Origin: Podarcis cretensis
Taxonomy: Eukaryota
Length of the DNA: 64,000 nt
Reading direction: 5' to 3'
Assembly: GCA_951804945.1 (NCBI GenBank)
Contig: OX638158.1
Location: forward strand, 43,586,001-43,650,000
The notes under the pieces were generated by a model that was not told the DNA's origin, made no database searches, and worked only from the letters and a program-made list of their open reading frames with translations. Of the stretch, positions 52,285-64,000 are shown piece after piece. Position 1 is the stretch's first letter, and each line of letters starts with the position of its first letter. The translations under genes and the position numbers were made by a program.

Positions 52285-54229
52285 TACCATGCCTCATATT
52301 CTATCTAACCTCCCCTTCATGGTAAGCAAGCTCTCTGTGGGTTATTTGGGGATTGTCTGTTTTGCTGAAACTGTCTAAACTAGTTTTAAAGTATCTACCA
52401 GAATGCATTGAGCAGAATTGTGTGTGCTGTGACCAACCATTTTGATTGGGTATTAGCAGAGGAACCCTATGTGTTAAAGGGCATCTGAATATGCATAGAG
52501 CAGTGGCAAGGCTGCTGCTGAGATCCTGTTTTCCTCTCTATATGTATTTGTTCACCCTGGATATATAATTAGAATAGAGCTTTTTGTCTTGGCTTATTGT
52601 TCTCTTGTTGTAAAGAAAGGACTTGTCAACAAATCTTTCTTTAGGAATTTTTGGCCAGTTTGACCCATTTGAGCCTAAGCTGTTGTCCTTGTAATTCAGA
52701 GGTCTTGCTTGGGATAAAGTAACTGAAACCCGAGTAGTCAACAAGTGTGTGGGAGGAGCTGTGGAACAGAGCAGTTTGAGATGCAAGTCTATGGCCAAGC
52801 AAGCTGCTTTTATAAAAAGTGCCTGAGCTGTAACCCGGTGTACAGAGAGGAATTGCTTCAGGAGAAATTTAGATTGCATTGATTCTGTCAACCTTGGGGA
52901 TACTAGTTTTTGGGTTGTAAAACAGTTTGCCATTCTTGTAATATACAGTTGTTTTGTGTTTTGGATTTCCATTGATGTGAGTTGGAGACACATCTCTAAA
53001 GGCAAGTATATCTCTAAATATATTTTAAGTTGGATTGCATATTACACAGCAGTAGCTTGATAGCTACTAGCAGCTGACTTTGTTTTCCAAACAAACTCAT
53101 TGCATGAGGAAGGTCACATGTTGCACATAGATGTAGGTAATGCAGATTTAATTACAGGTTTCTTTCTTATGGTAGGTTTGTTGATGTAATGTGTGTTGTA
53201 GTGTTTAATCATATTAACCAGAAAAGTGGCTTGACAGTAGTGGGACTAATAAGCTGACTCTCCACAACACCACCACCTCAGGATGAACACAGAGTCACAA
53301 ATTGATTTTGTGAGCTGTCTTGGATATCTAACACATTCTAATATCTGTTGCTGTTACAGCAGCAAAAGGATTAATTTTGGGGGGCCGGTTTCAAAAAGCC
53401 CTTATATTTCAAGTTGAGCATATGTCAAGGTTATGTCCTATTTTGCTCTTATTTCAGCTTATGTTTATTATTTTGAAGTAGAAAATCTGCATTTTTAACA
53501 GGCAATTGAACTTTAATGTATTTCTAGATTAAAATTCATTGATAGCCAAATTAATGAGTGCGGCATATGTATAGCAATATGCCATGTTACAGTACAATTA
53601 GCGCTGTATGTTAAAATAACTAGTACTGATGGAATTCAAACCCATCTGAATAGCTGTCGGGAACAGAGCACCAAATATATTTTGAAAATGAGCAATGATG
53701 TTTAATTTCAATAGTTTAAAAGCATCAGTTATTGGGAAACAACTAGGAGGAAGAGTTGTTGTACTCACGACTTGTTTGTAGACTTCTGGTCAGCCGCTGT
53801 GAGAACAGAATACTGGATTAGGTAGACTTTTTATCTGTTCCAACAAGGCTCTTTAATTATTCCTGTAATAATAATAATGACTAAAATCATGCTGAATATC
53901 AAAACTGGTAATGTTCAGTAATGACCCCCTAGGGAATCATTTCTGGAAGCTGTTCTTTTAGATACGAATAAGCAATGAACCATAATATGTGAATGTTATT
54001 TCTGCGTAACTGAAAACCATAGGCATGTCATTGTTACAAAAAAGTATATAAATACATCAGAAACTCTCAACATTTTCAGCTACACTGATTTTTGTAATAC
54101 TTAAAGGGAGAAACAAAAGGACAAAGAAATATCAGTTACTTAAGCTTAGTGTTCTAGCCAAATGGTTAAAGTGATTTTTGTGGCAAAGCTTATGCCAAGA
54201 GAGTGACTTAGCAATGCTGAATACCTTTG

Positions 54230-54870
54230 TAATAACCTTACTTTGTATATGACACCAAAATGACTCTTCTTGTTAGGTATTCTGCATCAGTGTTGCTCAC
54301 CCCCATAGCCAAGACTCTTGTTCTTGATCTTGTTAGCTACAGTCTTGTAGCGAAGAATCTCCATCAGTTCAATTTTTGTGCAAGTACTAGGCAGTGTTGG
54401 GTTGGCATTCCCAAAGTAGGACTTGCAGACATCAGGGTCTGCAGTTCCATGCCCTGATTACCTGCAAAGGCTGTTTCCCAGTCACATAACTCCTCACCCA
54501 AGTGAGTGGTGGCACTTCTGTATGGGGGCTGCTTAGCTCCCAAATCCTTTCAAAGTGGGCATTATAGAATCCCCCAAATTCATTGTGGTTCCCATACAGA
54601 AATGCCACTTCCACCTGCTCTGGCAAGGACATGGGGGCAGCGGGTTAGGACATGGGGGTAGGGGGAGGTGAAAGTAATGAGAGGGAGGGGAGGGAAAGTT
54701 GGAGGAGGGAAAGGAGTGACCATGATTGGTACAGTCATGATAGAGTTGATGGGGAAGATTCTGAGAGGGGTTTTTTTTTGGGGGGGGGGAGTGAATCTGG
54801 AGAGGGTGATCTTAAGTGGGAGGCAGTCATTTTGTGAATGGTTATGCACCAATAGCAGTGATTTTGTGGT
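54230..54870 (-). mobile_element. Old, degraded LINE (L2-like) fragment
   Basis: G/A-rich plus-strand stretch typical of antisense L2 ORF remnants; no intact motif. Confidence 0.35.
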
Positions 54871-57085
54871 TGTACCCTTGTCAGTTTTTCAAAATTCTGA
54901 ATGTGTCCTCAGGCCCAAAAATGATTAGGGAACCCTGGTATAAGGCTTTGAAAGTAATGGCTAACACATTTTGATTATTTTCACTGATCGCCTTCTGTAT
55001 TCATAGTCTTAATGACCCTGCAATCCTTACAATTTCTTTGCTCTTTGGGCTTCATTAGAATCTTGTATGGTTTTGTCTCACTGGCTGAACAATACCATCT
55101 TAATAGTGAACCTGAATTTTCAAGGTAGTAGTCACCAGAGTGGTTGAAGGGTTCCCCCTCCCCTTTTTTCTTTTACCAACAACCACTGCAAATGTTTTTT
55201 ACTTGAAACAGATTATTTCTGTGCATACAATAATTGACACCCATTTGTTTTTTCCAGTATCCTGTGCAGAAACTATACTGTTAATTGTGTTTTCTGTGAA
55301 GTTTAACCATGCCTCAGTTGCATTTTAATGAGGTTTTGGAACAGTAGCCTATTTTCTTACAGCACAATCCTAACCATGTCTACTTAAAAGTACGTCCTAT
55401 TGAATTTAAGGGGGCTTACTCCCAGATAAGTGTAGTTAGGATTGCAGCCTTAAATGCTCCAATGGTAAGATAACTTGTTTTTTGGTTCCTGAAACTTTGC
55501 ATTGCTTAAGTCGCCATGTTTCAGTATTTAAATCTTGTACTTTTACTGGAGTAAACTGGTACACATATAAATGTAACAAATAAAATAATAATTGTTAAGT
55601 AGCTATCATTGTTGATTACCTTCTTGAATTTACCTTGGAGGAGCATCAATGATTATTTTTGCTGCTCTGCATGCATCTCTGTCTCAAATTGCTGTTCTTC
55701 TGCCTCTTTCTTCATTTTGTCCCCTGCCAGACCACAAGATGGAGGATGCTTTATCTTTACTATTTGTAATGAAGATTTTTCAAAATACTAACCCTTTCCC
55801 TATAACATTATATTTAATTGCATTGAATAGGCAGCATATAAATGTCAAAGAATGAAATAAGTTTTGTTGTGAAAGAGTGCTGAGCCCGTTTTCTCCTCTA
55901 GAATCTTATGACTGCTGTGAGGTTCTTATGCCTTTCAATGCACCATGCATGAGTAAGAAATATGAATTAACAGAGGAAGTAGCAAAAATAATAATCAAAA
56001 AATCCCAAGAATGGATGTTTGCCAAAAGCTGTTTGTTGTGGGTTATGGAAAAGAATAATAGAATATTGTTGGCACTGAAATGTATTTCCACAGTGTAAAA
56101 AAACAGTCTGCAAAGAGAACCATCATATTGACATAGGAATACGCAGTGGAAACAAATCACATTGCACTTTGTTCCTGCTGCCTTCCTGATGTAGAGAGTG
56201 CTCAGGAGGGTGGGGCAGCAAAAGAGGAAGGGGAGATAGAGATCAATAAAGAGATCAATAAAGATATCAGGAAGAAGAAAAAGATAGATAGTAAGGAAAT
56301 TAGGCCTGGGAATTTGGAGCAGGGATATAAGGAAAGGGAGAAAGATATGTAGGATTTAGAGGTAAAGCTGATATAAGGCTGATATAAAAAAGACTTGACA
56401 ATGGAAATTGATACAAGGAGGATATATGTAAAAGTTCACCACTTTATACCTGACAAATTTATTTATGCATTTAATAAATAAATAAAAACTAAGTTTGGGC
56501 AGTGGTGTTCCACTATCAGCTTTGGCCTGGAGATTTAAAAGCGGCAAATTTGTGTCTTTGTTGAACTGTTTCAGACTGCAAGTGAGAGCTCACATGATGG
56601 GAAGTTGCTCAAGTTTAAAAACAACACACACACCTTGCCTATAGAAAGTTAGATGTTGCAAAGAAGGATTACAGTGTAGCTTTGCCCCTGGTATGGTGCC
56701 TTTCTGTGTGTCAGAATTTTTTGTCATAATGGAACATTCCATCTTGCAAGTAAGTCTGTTTCTATAGCTAAAAGCAGAACATCACAGGCATGTATACATC
56801 TCTGCAAAACTAGGTCCGAGTGCGAACTGCCTTTCCAAGCAGGCATGCCAAATCACCAGGTGATTAGAGACCTCTTTAAGCAGAAATAAGCTCCAGTAAT
56901 AGGGATTAGTATGAGTGTTCAACATGTGATGCCTGGGGAAAAATCTGTAGAAAATATTGGTGCTGTAGCATAGATGTAAAAAAACACACCAAACCACAAC
57001 AACCCTCTGCTTCAGAATATTGAATCAAAATTACTTAATAATGATGATGCTTTCTCACTAGATGTCTTCTGATCCATGTTTATCT

Positions 57086-57418
57086 ATAATAATAATAATT
57101 TATTACTTGGACCCCACCCATCTTGACTCGGTTGCCCCAGCCACTCTGGGCAGCTTCCAATAGAATATAAAACATACACGATACACCAGACATGAAAAGC
57201 TTCCTGATAGAGGGCTGCCTTCAGGCTATCCATGGGAGGTTGTACAATTTGTTATCTCTTTGACATCTGATAGGAGGACATTCCATAGGTTGGGTGCCAA
57301 TACCAAGAAGGCCCTCTGCCTGGTTCCCTGTAACTTCACTTCTCGCAATGAGGGAACTGCCAGAAGGCCCTCGGAGCCTGGACCTAAGTGTCTGGGCTGA
57401 ACAATGGGGGTGGAGACC
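57086..57418 (-). mobile_element. L2-type LINE 3' end
   Basis: (AAT)n tail; the minus-strand translation GLLAVPSLREVKLQGTRQRAFLVLAPNLWNVL matches the L2 ORF2 C-terminal motif. Confidence 0.8.
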
Positions 57419-59918
57419 CTGTTTTTTTTTGAGTAGTTAAACCATATGACAGATTTGGGGTGCACTCCCTTTTGAATGTTTACCGTCCATTAGTGTTTTC
57501 ATGGCTAACAAGCATATTATAGGGTAAAAGGCACTTACCAAGGAGGATCAGTGGCAAGAGGGAGGGGAGGGGGGGTGCTTAATCCTCCCATGCAGGGTGA
57601 TTTATTTTCACAAATGTTCTTGGTTTTCTCTCCGTTGAGCTTATTTCCTGTTTCATGGCCTGGCTGGGGAGATACAAATTTTAAATAGCCAGTTGGGGTG
57701 TGTGTGTATGGATTTGTAGGATAGAACTGGTGGATAGAGAACGGATTAAATACTATTATTCCCCCACCCCACTGATTTTCTCCTTCAGGTGCCTCCCTTT
57801 CCCACTTTGGTGTTGCTAAGGAAACCATTGTTTCTCTTGTAACCTCAAGTTCCGTTCTTAGATCCCTACGCTCAAGAACAGGTTCTGTGGGTGTGTTAAT
57901 ATTATAATACGTATCATTATAATAAATACTGGAACTGCACTTTTTTTCTTTTTAAATAGCACGACATTTCCCATTATTAAAGTGAAAAAAATATAATGCG
58001 AGCCTTTGTGGTGCAAAGGTTATAACAGATTGTACCTGTGAGAACTAAGCTCTGTCATAGCTTTCAGTTAACAGTTTTCTAGCTGTTAAGGGGATCTAAG
58101 CTGTGTCCATATGTAGAGTTATATGGATTTCACATACAGCGTGAGAAATTGAGAGTGAGATGTATGAAAGGTATCCAAAGCAGAATATCTTACTGCAGAA
58201 TGTTGGCACTGTCTTGCTTCTATACTGGAAAAGCAGACAGGAGGGAAAGGAATCTAATAGGATGTGTGTGACCTTCTGTGTGAGCTCAGAGGATGAGGAT
58301 TCCCATCAGGTCAGGGAGGGATATATTAGTGGTTTGTGTTCTGTTAATGGGCCAGAACATTTGGTATCTAGTAATGAAAAGCATGAGATCCAAAAGAATA
58401 TGAATAGAATGATGGTGGGCCCTTCTTTTACATACACGCATACTCTCTCTCTCTTTGCCGTTTTGGGAGACAGTAATTGTCTGAAAAGCAGGATAAAAAT
58501 ATAGTAAATTAATGTATTTTTATTGTATCGCTTAAACCTGACAGTTGCCAGATTTATATGGTATAAATAGTTGGATCCAAGTCATTTCTGTTTTGTTAGT
58601 CATTGAGATAAAATAGTTTGAAATCTTAAGTATTTTCTTGATCATCATCTGATATAAGAAAAGTATTTTATTGGTTTAATCCCCCCCCCCCACTGTACAA
58701 GCTTTTAGATTTCTTGCTATATTTCATTTCATGAATTCAGGCAAAATGATGGCTTAATCTCAGCTGAGCTATAGAATATCTGTTGTTGTTTTTTAATGAC
58801 TCATCAAATTAAGGGGAAATTGACTAGGAAGGGTTTTTTTGATAAAAAATGTTGTGTAAAGTTAGACATTTCGAATGGAAAGCAGGCAAAACTGACCACC
58901 TAATTTGCATAATGAGCAAATGAAGCATTCAAATGCTTGCAAAATTTTGAATGAAATTTTAAGCTTAAATTCTGTTTCAGTTGTTTCCATTAAAAGAGTT
59001 AGCCTGTGGTTTCTAAAGATAACATTTTTACTTATATTTATTGAGTATTGTTGTATAGTGTTGAGCAAATACCATAGCTTGTATTTAAACACGTTGAAAA
59101 TATGTCAATTTAATGAAAAAGTGACCCCCTTTCTCTGGAGTTGTTAATTATGTTAAAAAGCAAAGTCATCAATAAAAACTTTACACTTTTTTGATACTTG
59201 TTACTCTGTGCTAAATTCTGGATATTGCTGACGGAAGTTCTGACTCCTGTATCAGAAATTATTTTGGCAAGGGTCTGTTTGGTGGTATTGTTTAAATGAT
59301 ATGAATTAGTGCCTGCCTTCTAAAATGTACCCTAATACTGCATTCAGAAGCAGTGCTTTTTCTTTCAGAGCCCTTTATGTGAGTCCTTGCTGGCAAATGC
59401 TATTTAATCCACAATAAAAAGTACTGAAAATAAATGGGTTTCCATTTAATGGAAATTCCTTCTCTGATTCTCAGTAGTACTCTTAATTTTCTTGAGTGAA
59501 TTTTAGAAGTATACTCATAATTGTTCTGTGTGCAATAAAATAGAACTTGAATGATTAGGCAGCAAAGGAATTTCTTTAATAACTCCTCCATTCTGATGTA
59601 CTTTGTCATGACAGTTGTCTGGTGCCTGCAAAACAATGAAGAGTAACACCTTGTCTCGGGGCATGCTGACTGAAATATGACATGTTATTGATGGAGGAAT
59701 GGTAGCAGCTTGGATTGAATTCATAAACATCTCTTAGCTTGGTTACAAAGTTCAACAGCCTCTGGCATCTCTCCTTGTTCAAAGTGTGCACATGGCACTT
59801 GATCTTTGTGGGTCTTGCATGCTGCTAATCTGAATGTGAAGGGAAAATACTTTCTGCAACGTTCTTATTCCCGTCATCCTTCTGAATGAAAATAATCATT
59901 ATACAGAGCATCTAACTC

Positions 59919-60054
59919 ATGAAGGCAGAAGGTCCACAGCGACGTAGGTTTTCTTCATGTGCTGGAGTTTCGCTGCCTCCACGGGCTGATGGTCGGAAAC
60001 TTGTCCGGAATGCTTCATTCGGAGGATACAATGCACTTTCACCAGTCTTCCGAG
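59919..60054 (+). CDS. OSBPL8: Alternative first coding exon of OSBPL8 encoding an ORP5-like basic N-terminus
   Basis: MKAEGPQRRRFSSCAGVSLPPRADGRKLVRNASFGGYNALSPVFR(G), an ungapped match to the recalled human ORP5 N-terminus. It is 136 nt with a phase-1 donor GAG|GTTTGT compatible with exon 5, and is locally CpG-rich. Confidence 0.85.
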
Positions 60055-60307
60055 GTTTGTTTTGTCTCACTTTTTAATGTTCTCATGAAAATATTTATTG
60101 TAAAAGCTTCTACAAATACTACTTTTTTTTTTTTTTTTTTTAAAAAGCAATTTTCTAAGCTGAAAAAGCACCTGGATTCACGTTGAATAAAATAAAATGA
60201 GATTTGGAAATAATGATTCATGGTTGGCATGTGTTCTCGGGCAGCGCTTTCTTTAAGTTCAGCATTAAGAACGAAGTGCTTCATTGTAGATTGCGTGTGA
60301 TTGTACA

Positions 60308-60332
60308 TGATGATGATGATGATGATGATGAT
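60308..60332. repeat. (GAT)n microsatellite
   Basis: Direct read of tgatgatgatgatgatgatgatgat. Confidence 0.9.
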
Positions 60333-62398
60333 ATTACATAATGAGAATGATACTTGACTGAATATGGGTGGTGTCTTTCTTACCTGCAATTTAAGAGAAT
60401 TTTCAACATACTGGAATCTACAACCAAATGATTTTCAAGTAAATGGAACATGGCTTCTAATTAGGTGCAGGTCCTTTTGAAATCTGGAGTAGACAACATA
60501 GCAGGACTTTTGACTGTTAGAAGTAATCTTAAAATGTAAAATTTGAGGCCATGTTAATCATTGTTGTGTCCTTTAATCCTTACATTCCTTAATAATGTAA
60601 ATAATAACTTGGAAATACTCATAATGTTGTATATCTAGTTTGCATTGGTTCTAATGGACTTGATCAGTCTTGAAAATGCACAATTGCAAGGTTACTGTAA
60701 ATGTGTGAGTTAGTACTACTGTAAAAATTGATTTATTTAAGACAATTGCAACCTTCAAGCTAATTGCATTTTAATGTACCTATTAGTTGTCTACCTCTTC
60801 TTTTGTGGTTAGTAGTTTCAACACAAACATGATGTGAATCCCCTGGAAACTAGAAATAATGCTCCCTCTTTTCATGTTTTTTTGTGTAAGTAATAAACGT
60901 TTATACAACAAAACAAAGGACAAGCAGATTTGCTGTACTTGTATAACTGCAGCTTCAATCACTTATTGCAGAGTTCTGAATGTAACCACAACATTGCATG
61001 TTTCCTTTTCATAGTTTGGTTTTCAGGATATCTGAACCAAGCCAGTAAGTTGCATAACAACTCTTGTAAGGAAGTATGTTGTTATTTTTACTGAGTTTTT
61101 GCCATATCTTACTAAAAGTCCAGTTTGACATTTAGAGTGGTTTAATACTCACAGATGACAAAGTGAGATGTATGTGTGCTAGATCTCAAATGCAAGACAG
61201 TGTAGTTAACTTAGGTACTGCAACCTTACCTTAATTATAGCCTTTTAGATGAATTATCTGGGCGAGGGAAACACAGTATCTGTTATTATGAATTTCATGC
61301 TGTTGAATATGTCAGTGGTTGGCATTTGATTCACATTCCTTCTTTCTTTTTTAAAACCAGTTTATGTGCGTGTAACTTGCTCACTGACTTTGTATGAAGA
61401 GTAGAGCACCCTAGACATTAATTGTGGTGTCATGAGCCCCATTCTCTAGACATATCACAAGGTACATGAATGCTTGGAGCAGTAAGATGTTGCGCACTGG
61501 CCCTTGCCCATACAAATGTCCAAAGAAAGGCTGTGCATGTAGAAGTTGCTGCCAAATCTCAGTTAATCCCAAATTGTTCTAGGGAATTTCCCAAGCTCCT
61601 GGTAAGTTTACCAGGAAGATAACATTTGCAGCTAATACTTTCCTGAGGAATTTCTGATTAAGATAAGTGAATTCACTTGCCGCTTTGTGGTTACTCCGAT
61701 CTGCGTTTATTAACACAAGGAGTAGAAATGGCTTGTTAGCACTACTCTCCTTACTTGGCTTTGCACAAGCTCTGCTTCATTCTGTTTTATGCTCCATTGA
61801 TTAGTTCACATCCGTGGATGTGTGTGGTGGTATATGGTGTGAATATGATAATGCCTAATCCTAGCGGCTTACTCGATCATGAATTTATTATTAGATTCCA
61901 CTTCCGTCTTATTTTTCTGATGCCTGATGAGAAGGCTTTGCATTGTTGGAACTGCTGTAACCTGGGGGTGGGCTGGCAAGCCAGTTCTCCTGTGGACTGA
62001 AACTCTCTGTGCTTATCTATGTTGTGCTACGTGCTACTAGTAGTTGGATATTTTCATATAACTGAGTAATTGAGATACCTCTGAATGCCTGGAAGGTAAA
62101 ATACAAAATACAATTGGGACAGGGTTGATAACTACCATTCATGCTTGGAACTTTGTAGGTTGGGAACATAACCACTTTTGGACCCTAGGTCTCACACGAC
62201 ATGGCTTTAATATTAAACAAAAAAAATCCTAGTTGTAAAGGAATTACAAAAACATTTGGTGAACAAATGGTGACATATACACCATGTCCCTAAGTATATT
62301 TGGTCAGAGTTTTAATAGCTTTGACTTATTTAGGATTTCAGCCTTAATGGCATATGGGATACACTGATTTTTTGAAACCATTTCGATTTCTCTTCAAG

Positions 62399-62469
62399 GT
62401 TTTGACAGAGGGAAGGATGATGCCTCACAAAGTAAAGATGATTCTACACAATCAATGTCAAAAAGCAAG
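62399..62469 (+). CDS. OSBPL8: OSBPL8 exon 5 (71 nt); the gene continues beyond the window
   Basis: (G)FDRGKDDASQSKDDSTQSMSKSK versus recalled human GFERGKEDISQNKDESSLSMSKSK. Acceptor tctcttcaag, donor AAG|GTGAGC. Confidence 0.95.
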
Positions 62470-62625
62470 GTGAGCACCTTAACCTTCAGACAGCATAGTT
62501 CAGTTTGATGCTTCTAAGTGAGCTTGGATACGTAGTTGCAATTAATTTAATCTTTTCCCTACCTATCTCATTTGTGGCTTATTTTAAATAGTAAGGTGAA
62601 TTATGTTTATGTGTAATCTTTGGTT

Positions 62626-62910
62626 TGGCGGGGTGCGCTCCCGCTGCTCGGTCCCAGCGCCTGCCAACCTAGCAATTCGAAAGCACCTCCGGGTGCAAGT
62701 AGATAAATAGGGACCGCTTACCAGCGGGAAGATAAACGGCGTTTCCGTGTGCGGCTCTGGCTCGCCAGAGCAGCGATGTCACGCTGGCCACGTGACCCGG
62801 AAGTGTCTCCGGACAGCGCTGGCCCCTGGCCTCTTAAGTGAGATGGGCGCACAACCCCAGAGTCTGTCAAGACTGGCCCGTACGGGCAGGGGTACCTTTA
62901 CCTTTACCTT
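62626..62910 (+). mobile_element. Young 5'-truncated Sauria SINE
   Basis: Core gccaacctagcaattcgaaagcac..gtgcaagtagataaatagg..ggccacgtgacccggaag, (ACCTTT)n tail, perfect 12-bp TSD TAATCTTTGGTT (62614-62625 and 62911-62922), many intact CpGs. Confidence 0.92.
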
Positions 62911-63278
62911 TAATCTTTGGTTATAGCACAAAAGCAAGCACTAATATTTGTTTTTAAAGCCAGTTTGTGAAAAAAAGTGAGGGCTGCTCAGGAGATGCAG
63001 TGGGCCTTTGGTGAATTCTATTAGCTACTTGGTTAAGTAGGAGGTATATTATTTTAGATGAACTAGCCATAGCTGGCAATAGGCATTGGAGCATCAAGTG
63101 ACAAGGTAGAATCCACAAGTAAACCTGCAACTTATGTGCATTTCACTTGTGCACATTCAGCTTTACATGCATGTCAATTAAAAATAGAAAGGGGGCGGGG
63201 TTCTGGGGGAAATGACTTTGGCAATCCTCTCTGCCGTTGAATCCAATGAATTTTGACTATACATGATTTTGGTTTTAG

Positions 63279-63305
63279 GCGCAATCCCCAGAACATAGCC
63301 CCCAG
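63279..63305 (+). CDS. OSBPL8: Candidate 27-nt in-frame OSBPL8 microexon (AQSPEHSPQ)
   Basis: Acceptor ttttggttttag, perfect donor CAG|GTAAGT, phase 0/0 after exon 5, no stop codon. Confidence 0.55.
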
Positions 63306-63519
63306 GTAAGTTGCGGGTTCTACTGTACTACATGCTATATGTTTTATGGTGAGTGCAACTCACACTTGAACAAGATACAAACTACCAAGCCATAGAACTC
63401 TTCTCAGGGTTCAGGCTTGGTTTTTGGCTCCCATCCAGACCACCCACTCGTCCCCACCCCAGGCACAACTTCAGCTTCTGAACAGCTTCATCTGCTTCTT
63501 TTGGAAAAGATATAGAGCA

Positions 63520-63868
63520 GAGTGCCTTGATGATGATTCATCCAAAATCCTTTGATGATGGCACCCAATGACTTCACTTAGGTGTTAAACAGCATGGAAG
63601 ACAGCATTGATCCCCACAATATAATTGCCATGGGAACAAACAGAAATCTCCCAGAGTGGTTCTCTAAACTTGGGCCATCAAATAGGGACAGAACCACAGT
63701 AATACACAGCCTCCAACTTCTGTTTAATGGAGCCAGTCCATGAGGATACCATGGTCAATGATATGAAAAGCCATTGAGAGCTTAAGGGCAATCAACAAGG
63801 TTGGAGTTCCTCTCCTCATACAAATAAAAAGCCAAGGTGACCAAAGCTTTCACTGTGCCAAATCCAGG
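63520..63868 (-). mobile_element. Degenerate L2-type reverse transcriptase fragment
   Basis: The minus strand gives PGFGTVKALVTL...LLIALKLSMAFHIIDHGIL, resembling the RT motifs RPGxGTETALV...LDLSAAFDTIDHGIL. Confidence 0.7.
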
Positions 63869-64000
63869 TTAAGAAAGTATGTACTTTCATATGTGTACAT
63901 GTGACTGGTGGATTAGAGCTTTTGTCTCATTTTCTTGAGATTGGTGGGTGTTTATGTGTGTGCTCTCTCTCTTTCCCTCCCTCCCTTCCTCTGTCTGTCT

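Noticed and set aside
52538-53005. 155-aa minus-strand ORF and other 60-145 aa intronic/intergenic ORFs
   Set aside because: No recognisable homology, codon bias or splice/promoter context; consistent with random ORFs.
59355-59384. 10-nt microexon-like pattern tgctttttctttcag|AGCCCTTTAT|gtgagt
   Set aside because: It would frameshift and stop immediately in exon 5. It could be a poison exon, but such short matches arise by chance and I have no supporting evidence.
59958-59960. Idea that Cys14 of the ORP5-like exon is a substrate of the neighbouring ZDHHC17
   Set aside because: Gene adjacency is not evidence of an enzyme-substrate relationship; purely speculative.

Overview
AT-rich vertebrate genomic DNA, almost certainly from a squamate reptile and probably a lacertid-type lizard, judging from the Sauria SINE, Squam3-like SINE and squamate CR1/L2/hAT/Tc1-mariner repeats. 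It contains two divergent, CpG-island-driven genes about 21 kb apart. ZDHHC17 (palmitoyltransferase HIP14) exon 1 is on the minus strand at 1204-1266. The 5' part of OSBPL8 (ORP8) is on the plus strand: non-coding exon 1 ends at 22384, and coding exons lie at 35666-35707, 40061-40097, 45199-45336 and 62399-62469. The most interesting signal is a hidden N-terminal switch in OSBPL8. An exon deep in intron 4 (59919-60054) encodes a 46-aa basic N-terminus colinear with that of the paralog ORP5/OSBPL5 and splices in phase to exon 5. Other N-terminal controls are a distant-branch-point cassette exon 3, whose skipping gives ORP8S, in-frame uORFs, and a candidate 27-nt microexon. In ZDHHC17 the mammalian first ATG is retained but shifted out of frame. 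A solo LTR carries a 700-nt open frame whose peptide repeats diverge at synonymous positions. Gene identities rest on human protein sequences recalled from memory; no search was run.
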